DNA of 64,000 nucleotides, taken from the NCBI GenBank assembly GCA_036555105.1, contig DATBMA010000023.1, forward strand, positions 3,786 through 67,785, read 5' to 3'. Positions 40,490 to 52,934 of this stretch are shown one piece after another. The notes beneath the pieces were generated by a model. That model searched no databases. It saw only the letters and a list, made by a program, of their open reading frames with translations, and had not been told where the DNA came from. The number at the start of each line of letters is the position of its first letter. The stretch's first letter is position 1. Made by a program: the position numbers and the translations under genes. Source of the stretch: Acidimicrobiia bacterium. GTDB lineage: Bacteria > Actinomycetota > Acidimicrobiia > Spongiisociales > ZC4RG35.

Positions 40490-41215
40490 TTGCAGACGGC
40501 GCTTCTCACCATCGCCGGGCTCCTGCTCGGGCCCTGGTTGCACACGCTTGCAATCCAGGCCGGAGCCGACCTCCCATTTCGCCTCAACGCTGCCCATTGC
40601 CGGGTCTGCGACCAGCCGGTGTCGACCTTCGACCTCCGCTGCTCCAGTTGCGGGCGCACCCGCTGGCGGGAGTGGCTGACCGGGCTGGTGGCGGCGGCAG
40701 GATTCGCCGCCATGAGCTGGCGGTTCGGCACCGATCCGGTGTTACCCGCCTATGTCTGGCTGGTTGGCACCGGGGTGGTGCTGATCCTCACGGACTTCGA
40801 TCACTTTCGCATCCCCAACCGCATCCTCTATCCGGCCACCTTGGTGTCGGTCGTGCTGCTTGCCACCAGCGCCTTGCCCACCGGCCGTGCCCCTGACCTG
40901 CTGCGGGGAATGCTGGCCGGGCTCGCCTACGGCTTGTTCTATTTCCTCGTATTCCTCCTGGCGCGGGGGCGGGGGTTGGGCTTCGGGGACGTGAAGCTGG
41001 CCGTGATGCTGGGGCTTTACGCCGGATTCCAGTCGTGGCCGACGTTGGTCCTCGCCCTCTTCGCCACCGCCATCATCGGGGGGGCGGCAGCCATCATCCT
41101 GCTCGGACTGGGCCGGGGCCGAAAGGCCGAGCTGCCCTATGGACCGCCGCTCATCATGGGAACTTGGCTTGCGATCGTGCTGGGCCCGACGTTCCTCTCT
41201 TGGTACCTGGGCTGA
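40490..41215 (+). CDS. prepilin (type IV leader) peptidase, A24 family
   Basis: N-terminal Cys-rich zinc region (CRVCDQP...CSSCG), polytopic TM, and a GFGDVKL-containing aspartyl protease core; TTG start. Confidence 0.8.
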   Translation: MQTALLTIAGLLLGPWLHTLAIQAGADLPFRLNAAHCRVCDQPVSTFDLRCSSCGRTRWREWLTGLVAAAGFAAMSWRFGTDPVLPAYVWLVGTGVVLILTDFDHFRIPNRILYPATLVSVVLLATSALPTGRAPDLLRGMLAGLAYGLFYFLVFLLARGRGLGFGDVKLAVMLGLYAGFQSWPTLVLALFATAIIGGAAAIILLGLGRGRKAELPYGPPLIMGTWLAIVLGPTFLSWYLG

Positions 41216-41233
41216 GGCTTACCATCGCAGGCG

Positions 41234-42376
41234 GTGATGCGGTTCCTGACCGCGGGCGAGTCGCACGGTCCCGCCCTGGTCACAATCGTCGAGGGTCTGC
41301 CGGCCGGCCTCTCGTTCAGCAGCGAGGCGCTGGCCGGCGAGCTGGCGCGCCGCCGCCTGGGGTTCGGCCGAGGAGCCCGGATGCGGATCGAGCAGGACGA
41401 GCTAGAGGTCCTCGGAGGTATCAGGCACGGTCGCACCCTGGGCAGCCCCGTATCGGTGCTGATTCGCAACACCGAGTGGGCTCGCTGGTCGCAGGAGATG
41501 GCGGCCGAAGGCGAGCCTGCCGGAATTGCGCTCACCAAGCCCCGACCGGGCCACGCCGATTTGGCGGGGATGCAGAAGTACGACACCACCGACGCCCGCA
41601 ACATCCTCGAACGCGCCTCGGCCAGAGAGACCGCCGCCAGAACCGTGGCCGGGTACCTGGCGAAGTGCCTACTGGACTCGATCGGAATCTCGATCGTCTC
41701 CCACGTGGTGTCGATCGGGAGTGCCCGGGTCGATGACGAGGCAGATCCTCCTGGCCCGGGTGACCTGGACCGGGTGGACGCGTCTTCTGTGCGTTGTTTC
41801 CACCCGGAGGCAGAGCGGGCGATGGTGGAGGCAATCGAGGAGGCCAACAGAGCCGGGGACACCCTCGGCGGCGTGGTGGAGGTCCTCGCCTATTCGGTCC
41901 CGCCGGGGCTCGGCAGCCACGTCCATTGGGACCGGCGGCTCGACAGCCTGTTGGCGGCTGCTCTGATGTCGATTCCCGCCATCAAGGCGGTTGAGGTGGG
42001 GGACGGCTTGGCCTCCGCCTCCCGGCTCGGATCGGCGGCCCACGACGAGATCCTGACCGACCTGACTCGCGCTACCAATCGCGCGGGTGGGATCGAGGGT
42101 GGGATGTCGATCGGTGGGACGGTGCGCCTGCGTGCCGCGATGAAGCCGCTTTCAACGCTGCGCAAGGGCCTTGGCACGGTCGATGTCGCCACCGGGGAGC
42201 CTGCTCAGGCGTTCTTCGAACGCTCGGACGTTTGCGCTGTGCCGGCAGCCGGAGTCGTAGCGGAGCAGATGACGGCGCTGGTGCTGGCTTCCGAGGCCCA
42301 GCGAATGTTCGGAGGCGACACCGTCGACGACTTCATGGCCGCCCACGCGGCCTATCTGCGTCGCCTGGAGCGATGA
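41234..42376 (+). CDS. aroC: chorismate synthase
   Basis: (M)MRFLTAGESHGPALV and GRGARMRIEQD...RPGHAD motifs. Confidence 0.95.
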   Translation: MMRFLTAGESHGPALVTIVEGLPAGLSFSSEALAGELARRRLGFGRGARMRIEQDELEVLGGIRHGRTLGSPVSVLIRNTEWARWSQEMAAEGEPAGIALTKPRPGHADLAGMQKYDTTDARNILERASARETAARTVAGYLAKCLLDSIGISIVSHVVSIGSARVDDEADPPGPGDLDRVDASSVRCFHPEAERAMVEAIEEANRAGDTLGGVVEVLAYSVPPGLGSHVHWDRRLDSLLAAALMSIPAIKAVEVGDGLASASRLGSAAHDEILTDLTRATNRAGGIEGGMSIGGTVRLRAAMKPLSTLRKGLGTVDVATGEPAQAFFERSDVCAVPAAGVVAEQMTALVLASEAQRMFGGDTVDDFMAAHAAYLRRLER

Positions 42377-42876
42377 TGCCGCTCTGGCTGATCGGGATGC
42401 TGGGAGTGGGGAAGTCCGCAGTTGCCCCACGGCTGGCTGAGGCATTGGGAGTCGAGTCCCACGACACCGATGAGTGGGTGGAACGCCACAGCGGTCGCTC
42501 GATTGCGAGGATCTTTGCCGAGGAAGGCGAGGCCGGCTTTCGGCGTCTCGAGTCCGAGGCCGTCGCCGAGCTGGCATCGGCGGCCGGCGTGGTTGCCACC
42601 GGCGGGGGAGCGGTGACCAGCCCCGACAACGTCACCCGGATGAAGGGCAGCGGCGTGGTGATCTGGCTGCGCGCTTCGCCCGCAACCCTTGCCGCGCGGT
42701 TGGGCGTAGCCGACCGACCTCTCCTCGACGGAGCCAAGGACCGGGTGGCAACCCTGCACGGCCTGCTCGAGGCACGGGAGGACTCGTATGCGGGCGCCGC
42801 CGACCTGCGGGTGGAGACCGACGGCCTCTCACCTGCCCAGGTCGTGGCCGAAGTCCAGAGGAAGCTGCCGTCGTGA
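42373..42876 (+). CDS. aroK: shikimate kinase
   Basis: Walker A IGMLGVGKSAV with LID and SB regions; ATGA overlap with aroC. Confidence 0.9.
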   Translation: MMPLWLIGMLGVGKSAVAPRLAEALGVESHDTDEWVERHSGRSIARIFAEEGEAGFRRLESEAVAELASAAGVVATGGGAVTSPDNVTRMKGSGVVIWLRASPATLAARLGVADRPLLDGAKDRVATLHGLLEAREDSYAGAADLRVETDGLSPAQVVAEVQRKLPS

Positions 42877-43886
42877 GGTCGCCGGCCGAGATATGGATCG
42901 GATCCGGGCTGCCGGATCCATTGCTGCCGGAGCGCACCGGAAGGAGAAGGGTGGCTCTGATCCTGCAGCCGGGAGCGGCTCACCTGGCGGGCTCTGTCTT
43001 GACACGATTGGGTGCATACGAGGTGGTCACGGTGGACATTCCGGACGGCGAGGAGGCCAAGCACCTCCAGGTCGTGTCGGATGTCTATGACGTCCTCGAA
43101 CGGTCCCTCATCGGCCGGCTCGACACCATCGTTGGCCTCGGAGGGGGAGCGGCCACCGACCTGGCCGGGTTCGTCGCCTCCACCTGGATGCGGGGCATCG
43201 AGGTGGTGCAGATCCCGACCACGTTGCTTGCCGCGGTCGACGCCGCCATCGGGGGAAAGACCGGGATCGATCGAGCCGGCAAGAACCTGGTGGGAACCTT
43301 TTGGGATCCGTCCCGGGTGCTCGTCAACCTGGAGATCATGCGGGCCCTTCCCCCAGATCGGCTTCGGGACGGGCTGGCCGAGATCATCAAGATCGGCCTC
43401 GTAGCCGACCCTGCCCTCTTCGGCGAGCTCGAAGGGCCCGACTCATCGCTTGATCTGGAGGCTCTGGTGAGGGCAGCGATCTCCACCAAGCTGGCCGTGA
43501 TCGTCGACGACCCCTACGACCTGGATGGGCGCCGGGCGATCCTCAACTTCGGACACACCATCGGCCATGCCGTGGAGAGAGCAGGGTCCCTGACCCACGG
43601 CGAGGCCGTTGCGGTCGGGATGGTGGCAGCCGGCCACCTGTCGGCTGAGCGACTGGGCTTCGAGGCTCTGGCGAGGATCGAGGCGTGCCTGCGCCTCCAC
43701 GGGCTCCCGTTGGCGGTCCCCGGGATCCGAGCCGGCGCCGTCATCGACCTGCTCGCGTTGGACAAGAAGAAGGACGAATCGGGGCTGCGGATGGTGCTGC
43801 TGGCCGATCTCGGCCGGCCGATGCTGGTTCCGGTCGACTTCGCCGAGATCGAACCGGCTCTGTCCGCCATCGGAATTGACAGCTGA
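42873..43886 (+). CDS. aroB: 3-dehydroquinate synthase
   Basis: GLGGGAATDLAGF NAD-binding motif, GGKTGI, and metal-binding His residues (NFGHTIGHAVE); GTGA overlap with aroK. Confidence 0.9.
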   Translation: MRSPAEIWIGSGLPDPLLPERTGRRRVALILQPGAAHLAGSVLTRLGAYEVVTVDIPDGEEAKHLQVVSDVYDVLERSLIGRLDTIVGLGGGAATDLAGFVASTWMRGIEVVQIPTTLLAAVDAAIGGKTGIDRAGKNLVGTFWDPSRVLVNLEIMRALPPDRLRDGLAEIIKIGLVADPALFGELEGPDSSLDLEALVRAAISTKLAVIVDDPYDLDGRRAILNFGHTIGHAVERAGSLTHGEAVAVGMVAAGHLSAERLGFEALARIEACLRLHGLPLAVPGIRAGAVIDLLALDKKKDESGLRMVLLADLGRPMLVPVDFAEIEPALSAIGIDS

Positions 43887-43928
43887 CCGCACACCTTCCT
43901 ACAGGTAGGGCCACCAGGAGCAAGACAC

Positions 43929-44486
43929 ATGGTTTCCACCAACGACTGTCGGCCGGGGATGGCCCTCGACCTCGGGGACGGCATCTTCACCATCATCGAG
44001 TACCAGCATGTCAAGCCGGGGAAGGGGAGGGCGTTCGTCCGCATGCGGCTGCGCAACATCGAGACCGGGCAAGTGCTCGACCGCACCTTCCGGGCCGGCG
44101 AGGACGTCTCTCAGGCCATCATCGAGCGCCGGGAGCATCAGTTCCTCTACAAGGACGACCTGGGCCTGCACTTCATGAGCTTGGAGGACTTCTCGCAGAT
44201 GGCGATGAGCCCAGCCGAGGTCGGGGAGGCGGTCAGCTTCCTGACCGACGGCTCCACTGTCACTCTTGCGCTGTACAAGGGCAAACCGATATCGGTGGAG
44301 TTGCCGGCCTCGGTCGAGATGGAAGTGACCTACACCGAGCCCGGGGTGCGAGGCGACCGGGTCTCCGGGGCATACAAACCGGCGACAGTGGAGACCGGGC
44401 TGGTCGTGCAGGTCCCGTTGTTCGTCAACCAAGGCGACCGCGTGAAAGTCGATACTCGCTCAGGCGAGTACATCACCAGGGTGTGA
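43929..44486 (+). CDS. efp: elongation factor P
   Basis: 185 aa with a KOW-like N-domain (KPGKGRAFVRMRLRNIETG) and two OB domains; AGGAG RBS. Confidence 0.95.
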   Translation: MVSTNDCRPGMALDLGDGIFTIIEYQHVKPGKGRAFVRMRLRNIETGQVLDRTFRAGEDVSQAIIERREHQFLYKDDLGLHFMSLEDFSQMAMSPAEVGEAVSFLTDGSTVTLALYKGKPISVELPASVEMEVTYTEPGVRGDRVSGAYKPATVETGLVVQVPLFVNQGDRVKVDTRSGEYITRV

Positions 44487-44869
44487 GCACCGACGCACGC
44501 GACCTGGCAGTGGCCGCCTTGTATGAGTTGGACCTGAGGGGGAGCACGGAACCCCCCACAGACCTCCCTCCCAAAGCGGCCGCGCTCGTGGCCGGGGTGA
44601 TCGAGCATCGGAACGAGCTGGATGAAGCCATCGACACGGTCTCCGAGCACTGGAGACTGGAGCGCATGCCGGTGGTGGACAGGGCCATTCTCAGGCTCGG
44701 CGTCTTCGAGCTGCGCCACCGGCCTCGAACTCCGGCGGCAGTGGTCGTCTCCGAAGCCGTTCGGTTGGCGAAGGAGTACTCCACCGAGCGGAGCGGGGCA
44801 TTCGTCAACGGAGTGCTTGCCACGCTGGCCGAACAAACGGGTGCCTCTACCCCGCCCGAGTCTGGCTGA
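44483..44869 (+). CDS. nusB: transcription antitermination factor NusB
   Basis: ARDLAVAALYE ... DRAILRLGVFEL; GTGA overlap with efp. Confidence 0.9.
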   Translation: MSTDARDLAVAALYELDLRGSTEPPTDLPPKAAALVAGVIEHRNELDEAIDTVSEHWRLERMPVVDRAILRLGVFELRHRPRTPAAVVVSEAVRLAKEYSTERSGAFVNGVLATLAEQTGASTPPESG

Positions 44870-44905
44870 CCGAGTCGGAGGGGACGGCTGCTAGCCTCGC
44901 CCCCG

Positions 44906-44939
44906 CCTTTAAGTCCGGTCCAGAGAGGCCGGGAAGGAG
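44906..44939 (+). promoter_or_regulatory. PyrR-binding RNA hairpin (pyr leader) positioned to occlude the pyrR Shine-Dalgarno
   Basis: ccgg-UCCAGAGAGG-ccgg stem-loop (44915-44932) carrying the conserved PyrR binding-loop motif; flanking ccuu (44906-09) can pair with the aagg of the SD GAAGGAG (44933-39) just upstream of GTG 44944. Confidence 0.6.
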
Positions 44940-44943
44940 CGAA

Positions 44944-45468
44944 GTGCCACAGGTCATGGATGAGGCCGATGTCGGCCGGGCGATCAAGCGGATCGCCCAC
45001 GAGATGCTCGAGCGCCATCGGGGCGCCGACGGTCTGATTCTTCTCGGCGTTCACACCCGGGGCGTCCCTCTTGCCTCTGCCCTGGCCGCAGCCGTCTCCG
45101 AGCTCGGCGAGCCGGTTCCGGTGGGTGAGATCGACATCGGGCCTTATCGGGACGACCTGGGCCGCCGCCCCACCACCCGGCTCGGCCGGACATCCCTGCC
45201 GGTCGATCCCAACGACCGAACGGTCGTGCTGGTGGACGACGTCCTGTTCACCGGGAGGACGATCCGGGCTGCACTCGACGCCGTATCCGATCTCGGCAGG
45301 CCCGCCTCGATCGAGTTGGCGGTGCTGGTGGACCGGGGCCACCGCCAGCTGCCGATCCGCCCTGACTACATCGGCAAGAACCTGCCGACATCGCTCGACG
45401 AGCGAGTCACAGTAAAGGTGGGCGCCGTCGACGGCGACACCGGAGTCTGGGTGGAACGAGCTCTATGA
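44944..45468 (+). CDS. pyrR: bifunctional pyrimidine operon regulator / uracil phosphoribosyltransferase PyrR
   Basis: RAIKRIAHEMLER..., PRPP motif VVLVDDVLFTGRTIRAA. Confidence 0.9.
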   Translation: MPQVMDEADVGRAIKRIAHEMLERHRGADGLILLGVHTRGVPLASALAAAVSELGEPVPVGEIDIGPYRDDLGRRPTTRLGRTSLPVDPNDRTVVLVDDVLFTGRTIRAALDAVSDLGRPASIELAVLVDRGHRQLPIRPDYIGKNLPTSLDERVTVKVGAVDGDTGVWVERAL

Positions 45469-46376
45469 GTCACCTGCTGACCGTCGAGGGCCTGCCCCGC
45501 GAGGAGATCGAGGAGATTCTCGACACAGCCGAGAGCTTCATGGAGGTCTTGGAGAGGGACATCCCCAAGGTGCCGGCGCTGCGCGGCTCCACCGTCGCCA
45601 CGATGTTCTTCGAGGCATCGACCAGGACCCGGCTCTCGTTTGAGCGGGCAGCCAAAGCTCTGTCGGCGGATGTGATGACCTTCAACCCTGGGACCTCCTC
45701 TGTCTCGAAAGGCGAGAGCCTCAAGGACACAGCCCTGACCCTGCAAGCGATGGGATGCAACTTGATGGTTGTGCGTCACCAGGCGGTGGGAGCGGCACAC
45801 CGCATCGCCGAATGGGTCGACTGCCCGGTGGTGAATGCCGGCGACGGTGCCCACCAGCATCCGACCCAGGCGCTGATCGACTGCCTGGCGCTGCGGCGCC
45901 GGTTCGGCAAGCTCGACGGGTTGCGAGTGTCGGTGGTTGGTGACATCCGCCACTCGCGGGTGGCCCGCTCGGATGCCTTCGCCTTCACCGCCATGGGCGC
46001 CAGCGTCACATGGGTGGCGCCCGCCACGCTGCTTCCTCCTTCGCTCGAGATGTTCCCGGTCACCGCCACTGCCGACCTCGAGCCCCAGCTGCCTGACAGC
46101 GACGTCATCTATCTGCTGAGGGTCCAGTCCGAGCGCGGGGCTACGAGTGGCCTGCCTTCGTCATCGGAGTTCGCCGCTCGTTATGGAATGGACCTGGATC
46201 GCCTAGCCCGACTGCCGAGTGAAGCCGTGGTCATGCATCCCGGGCCCATCAACCGCGGTGTCGAGCTGGCGGGGGCGGTCGCCGACGATCCCCGTTCGCT
46301 CATCGTCGAGCAGGTCGGCGTGGGAGTGGCGGTCCGGATGGCAGTGCTCTTCCGGCTATCGGGGGGGCAGCTGTGA
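45465..46376 (+). CDS. pyrB: aspartate carbamoyltransferase catalytic subunit
   Basis: STRTR, HPTQ and HP.P motifs; ATGA overlap with pyrR. Confidence 0.95.
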   Translation: MSHLLTVEGLPREEIEEILDTAESFMEVLERDIPKVPALRGSTVATMFFEASTRTRLSFERAAKALSADVMTFNPGTSSVSKGESLKDTALTLQAMGCNLMVVRHQAVGAAHRIAEWVDCPVVNAGDGAHQHPTQALIDCLALRRRFGKLDGLRVSVVGDIRHSRVARSDAFAFTAMGASVTWVAPATLLPPSLEMFPVTATADLEPQLPDSDVIYLLRVQSERGATSGLPSSSEFAARYGMDLDRLARLPSEAVVMHPGPINRGVELAGAVADDPRSLIVEQVGVGVAVRMAVLFRLSGGQL

Positions 46377-47638
46377 GCTTGCTGATTCGCGGCGGGTTGG
46401 TGCTCACCGGGTCGGGCATGGTGAATGCGGACGTGCTGGTCGAGGGAGATGGGGTGACGGCGATCGGGCTCGATCTGCAGGCCGACTCCGAGATTGATGC
46501 CAGCGGCTGCTGGGTGGGTCCCGGCCTCGTGGACCTCCACACCCATCTGCGGCAGCCTGGGTTTGAATGGAAAGAGGACATTGCCAGCGGGAGCAGGGCA
46601 GCCGCCGCCGGTGGCTACACGGCGGTGCTGGCGATGCCCAATACCGAGCCTGCCGTCGACTCGGGAGCGGTGGCCAGGTTCGTTGCGTCCGAGGGCCGAT
46701 CCGCCGGTCTGTGTGAGGTCGCCGTCGCCGGGGCCATCAGCGCCGGACGCAACGGCGAATACCTCGCCCATCTCGACGAGCTCTGGGAGGCCGGAGCCCG
46801 CATCTTCACCGACGATGGCAACTGCCTTGCCAACTCCGGGCTGCTGCGGGCGGCGATGGAGTACCTGGCGGGGAGAGGCGGGGTCATCGCCCAGCACTGC
46901 GAGGACACGGGACTCTCGGATGGCGGACACATGCACGAAGGGGCGGTGTCCTCACTGCTTGGTATCGGCGGCATCCCGGCTCTGGCCGAGGAGTCGATCC
47001 TGGCTCGGGATCTCGCCCTGGTGCGGCTCACGGGCGTCGCCTATCACGCGATGCACCTCTCCACCGCCGGCAGCGTCGATCTGATCGCCCGCGCCAAGGC
47101 GGAGGGTCTGCCGGTGACAGCGGAGGCCACTCCGCATCATCTGACCTTCGACGACGCCACCGTGCGAAGCCTGGATCCCACCTACAAGATGTATCCACCA
47201 CTGCGCGGCATCGCCGACCTCGAGGCTCTGCGCAGTGGGGTGGCTGGCGGAGTGATCGACGCGGTGGCCACCGATCACGCCCCCCATGCCCCTCACGAGT
47301 GCGAGGTCCCGTTCGAAGAAGCCCCTCGCGGGGTGATCGGCCTCGAGACCGCGGCCGCCGCCGTCAATACTGCTCTCAGTCCGACTCCCGAAGTCTTCTT
47401 CGACCGAATGTCCACGGCTCCCGCCCGCATCGCCCGCCTGCAACGGCATGGGCTCCCGGTAGAGCCGGGAGGGCCTGCCAACCTCGTCGTGTTCGCTCCA
47501 GGACAGGACTGGATCCCGGTTTCCTTCATCTCCAAGTCCGCAAACTCGCCGTTCCTCGGAGCCGAATTACGGGGCCGTGTGATGCACACCATTTGGGAGG
47601 GCAAGGTCACCCACAGCACGGTCGAGGCGAGAGCATGA
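46373..47638 (+). CDS. pyrC: dihydroorotase
   Basis: DLHTHLRQPG metal motif and an amidohydrolase fold; GTGA overlap with pyrB. Confidence 0.9.
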   Translation: MSLLIRGGLVLTGSGMVNADVLVEGDGVTAIGLDLQADSEIDASGCWVGPGLVDLHTHLRQPGFEWKEDIASGSRAAAAGGYTAVLAMPNTEPAVDSGAVARFVASEGRSAGLCEVAVAGAISAGRNGEYLAHLDELWEAGARIFTDDGNCLANSGLLRAAMEYLAGRGGVIAQHCEDTGLSDGGHMHEGAVSSLLGIGGIPALAEESILARDLALVRLTGVAYHAMHLSTAGSVDLIARAKAEGLPVTAEATPHHLTFDDATVRSLDPTYKMYPPLRGIADLEALRSGVAGGVIDAVATDHAPHAPHECEVPFEEAPRGVIGLETAAAAVNTALSPTPEVFFDRMSTAPARIARLQRHGLPVEPGGPANLVVFAPGQDWIPVSFISKSANSPFLGAELRGRVMHTIWEGKVTHSTVEARA

Positions 47639-48789
47639 AGGCCGGCGGGCTGCTGGTGACCGCCGAAGGCGATGCCTTCGCCGGAGTCTCCGTAGGCGCC
47701 GAGGGGATGGCCGTCGGTGAGGTCGTCTTCAACACGACCATGACCGGATACCAAGAGGTGATCTCGGACCCTTCCTATGCCGGTCAGTTGGTGGTCATGA
47801 CGATGCCTCACATCGGCAACTACGGCGTTGCCGAGGCCGACATGCAGTCGCCTGCGCCGGCCGCGGCCGGGCTGCTGGTCCGATCGCTCACCAACTCACC
47901 CACCGGCTGGAGGAGCGAGGGGAGTTACGGAGAGTTCCTGGCGGCGCACGGGCTCGTGACCCTGGCCGAGATCGACACCCGCAGGCTCACCCGTTACATC
48001 AGGTCGAAGGGAGCCATGCCTGCCGCCATGGGCAGCGATTTGAGTGAGTCGGATCTGCGAGAGGCTGCTGCTGCCGCACCGCCGATGACGGGACTCGATC
48101 TCGCCTCGGTGGTCAGCACCAAGGAGCCATACCGGGTCGAGGCGGTGGGGGAGCGACGGGGGCTGGTGGCGGCCATCGACCTCGGTATCAAGCGCGACAT
48201 CCTTGCCCACCTGACCCGATTGGGCCTGGAGGTAGTGGTGCTGCCGTCATCGGCCTCGTCAGAGCAGATCCTCTCGCTCGAACCGGACGGGCTGTTCCTG
48301 TCCAACGGGCCAGGGGATCCCGAGCCGCTGCACGAAGCCTCCAACGCGCTCCGAGGGGTCCTGGGCAAGGTGCCGGTTTTCGGCATCTGCCTCGGCCATC
48401 AAGTGCTTGGACTGGCACTGGGTGCGAGGACGTTCAAGCTCCCCTTTGGCCACCATGGTGGGAACCACCCGGTCCGCCGCCTCGGTGACGGACGGGTCGA
48501 GATCACCAGCCAGAACCATGGCTTTGCTGTCGATCTCTGGAGCCTCGCCTCCTCCAACCGCCCAGCCAGCAGCGGCAGCTTGGCCTCGGCCGACATGCTT
48601 CCCGAACGAGTCGAGACCGACTTCGGGCCCGTCGAGCCCACCCACCAGAACCTGAACGATGGCAGCCTCGAAGGCCTCAGGTGCCTGGAGGTCCCCGCAT
48701 ACTCGGTCCAGTACCACCCGGAGGCGGCGCCAGGCCCTCACGAGGCCTCTGCTCTGTTCGACCGGTTCCTCGAATTGATGGAGGTCTGA
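47635..48789 (+). CDS. carA: carbamoyl-phosphate synthase small (glutaminase) subunit
   Basis: GICLGHQ catalytic Cys motif and N-terminal CPSase small-chain domain; ATGA overlap with pyrC. Confidence 0.95.
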   Translation: MKAGGLLVTAEGDAFAGVSVGAEGMAVGEVVFNTTMTGYQEVISDPSYAGQLVVMTMPHIGNYGVAEADMQSPAPAAAGLLVRSLTNSPTGWRSEGSYGEFLAAHGLVTLAEIDTRRLTRYIRSKGAMPAAMGSDLSESDLREAAAAAPPMTGLDLASVVSTKEPYRVEAVGERRGLVAAIDLGIKRDILAHLTRLGLEVVVLPSSASSEQILSLEPDGLFLSNGPGDPEPLHEASNALRGVLGKVPVFGICLGHQVLGLALGARTFKLPFGHHGGNHPVRRLGDGRVEITSQNHGFAVDLWSLASSNRPASSGSLASADMLPERVETDFGPVEPTHQNLNDGSLEGLRCLEVPAYSVQYHPEAAPGPHEASALFDRFLELMEV

Positions 48790-52010
<3,221 letters not shown>

Positions 52011-52029
<19 letters not shown>

Positions 52030-52934
52030 CCACCAGCCTGGGCCCGCTGACATTGCGGACCCCGCTGGTGGCGGCCGCGGGCACCTTCGGGGCGGTCCAT
52101 GAGTTTGCCGGCTTTGGAACTCTCGGCTTTTACGGGGCGGCGGTTGCCAAGTCGGTCAGCCGGGACCCATGGCCGGGCCGGCCTGCACCTCGTCTGGCGG
52201 CGGTCGGCGACGGGATGTTGAACGGGATCGGGATCCAGAACCCAGGGATCGATGCATGGGTAGATGAGGTCGCCCCGCTAATGCCCCGGCTGGACGTCCC
52301 GGTTTGGGGCTCAGCGGTCGGTCGCACACCCGACGAATTCGCGCACGTTGCCGTGCGTCTGGCCGAGGCGGGCGTGGCCGCGGTCGAGATCAACCTCTCT
52401 TGTCCCAACCTCGAGGATGAGCGGATGTTCGCCCTCGACCCAGGGCTGTCTTCGGCGGTGATGGGCACCGTACGATCCGCGCTTGGAGCCGGCGTGCCGG
52501 TGGGAGCCAAGCTGGCGCCGAACACTCAGGACATCTCGGCGGTAGCGGGGGCGTGCCGAGACTCCGGTGCAGACTGGGTGGTGATCTCCAACACCCAGTT
52601 GGGCGCTGCGATCGACCCATCGACCCGCAGGCCGCGTCTGTCGATCGGGGTCGGCGGGCTGAGCGGCCCCCCCTTGAAGCCGGTCGCCATCCGATGCGTA
52701 ATGGAGGTGAGGCAGTCGCATCCCGACCTCCCGATCCTCGGTTGTGGAGGTGTTACCACCGGAGCGGACGTAGTCGAGTATCTGCTGGCGGGCGCCTCAG
52801 CGGTGGGGCTTGGCACCGTTCACTTCGCCGAGCCCAGAGCGGCGAAACGGATCACCGGCGAGTTGACGCGCTTCTGCCTGGCACAGGGGGTGGCTCGCAT
52901 CGCCGACCTCGTGGGGGCGGTGCGGCCGTGGTGA
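52011..52934 (+). CDS. pyrD: dihydroorotate dehydrogenase, class 1 (Cys active-site base)
   Basis: NLSCPN catalytic loop with Cys, GIQNPG and GGV(T)TG FMN-binding motifs; start overlaps carB by 19 nt. Confidence 0.85.

Noticed and set aside
52553-52930. Upstream 126-codon extension of the pyrF ORF in the track (361 aa)
   Set aside because: The extension lies inside pyrD in another frame. Homology begins at [11 protein letters not shown], so the start is placed at GTG 52931.
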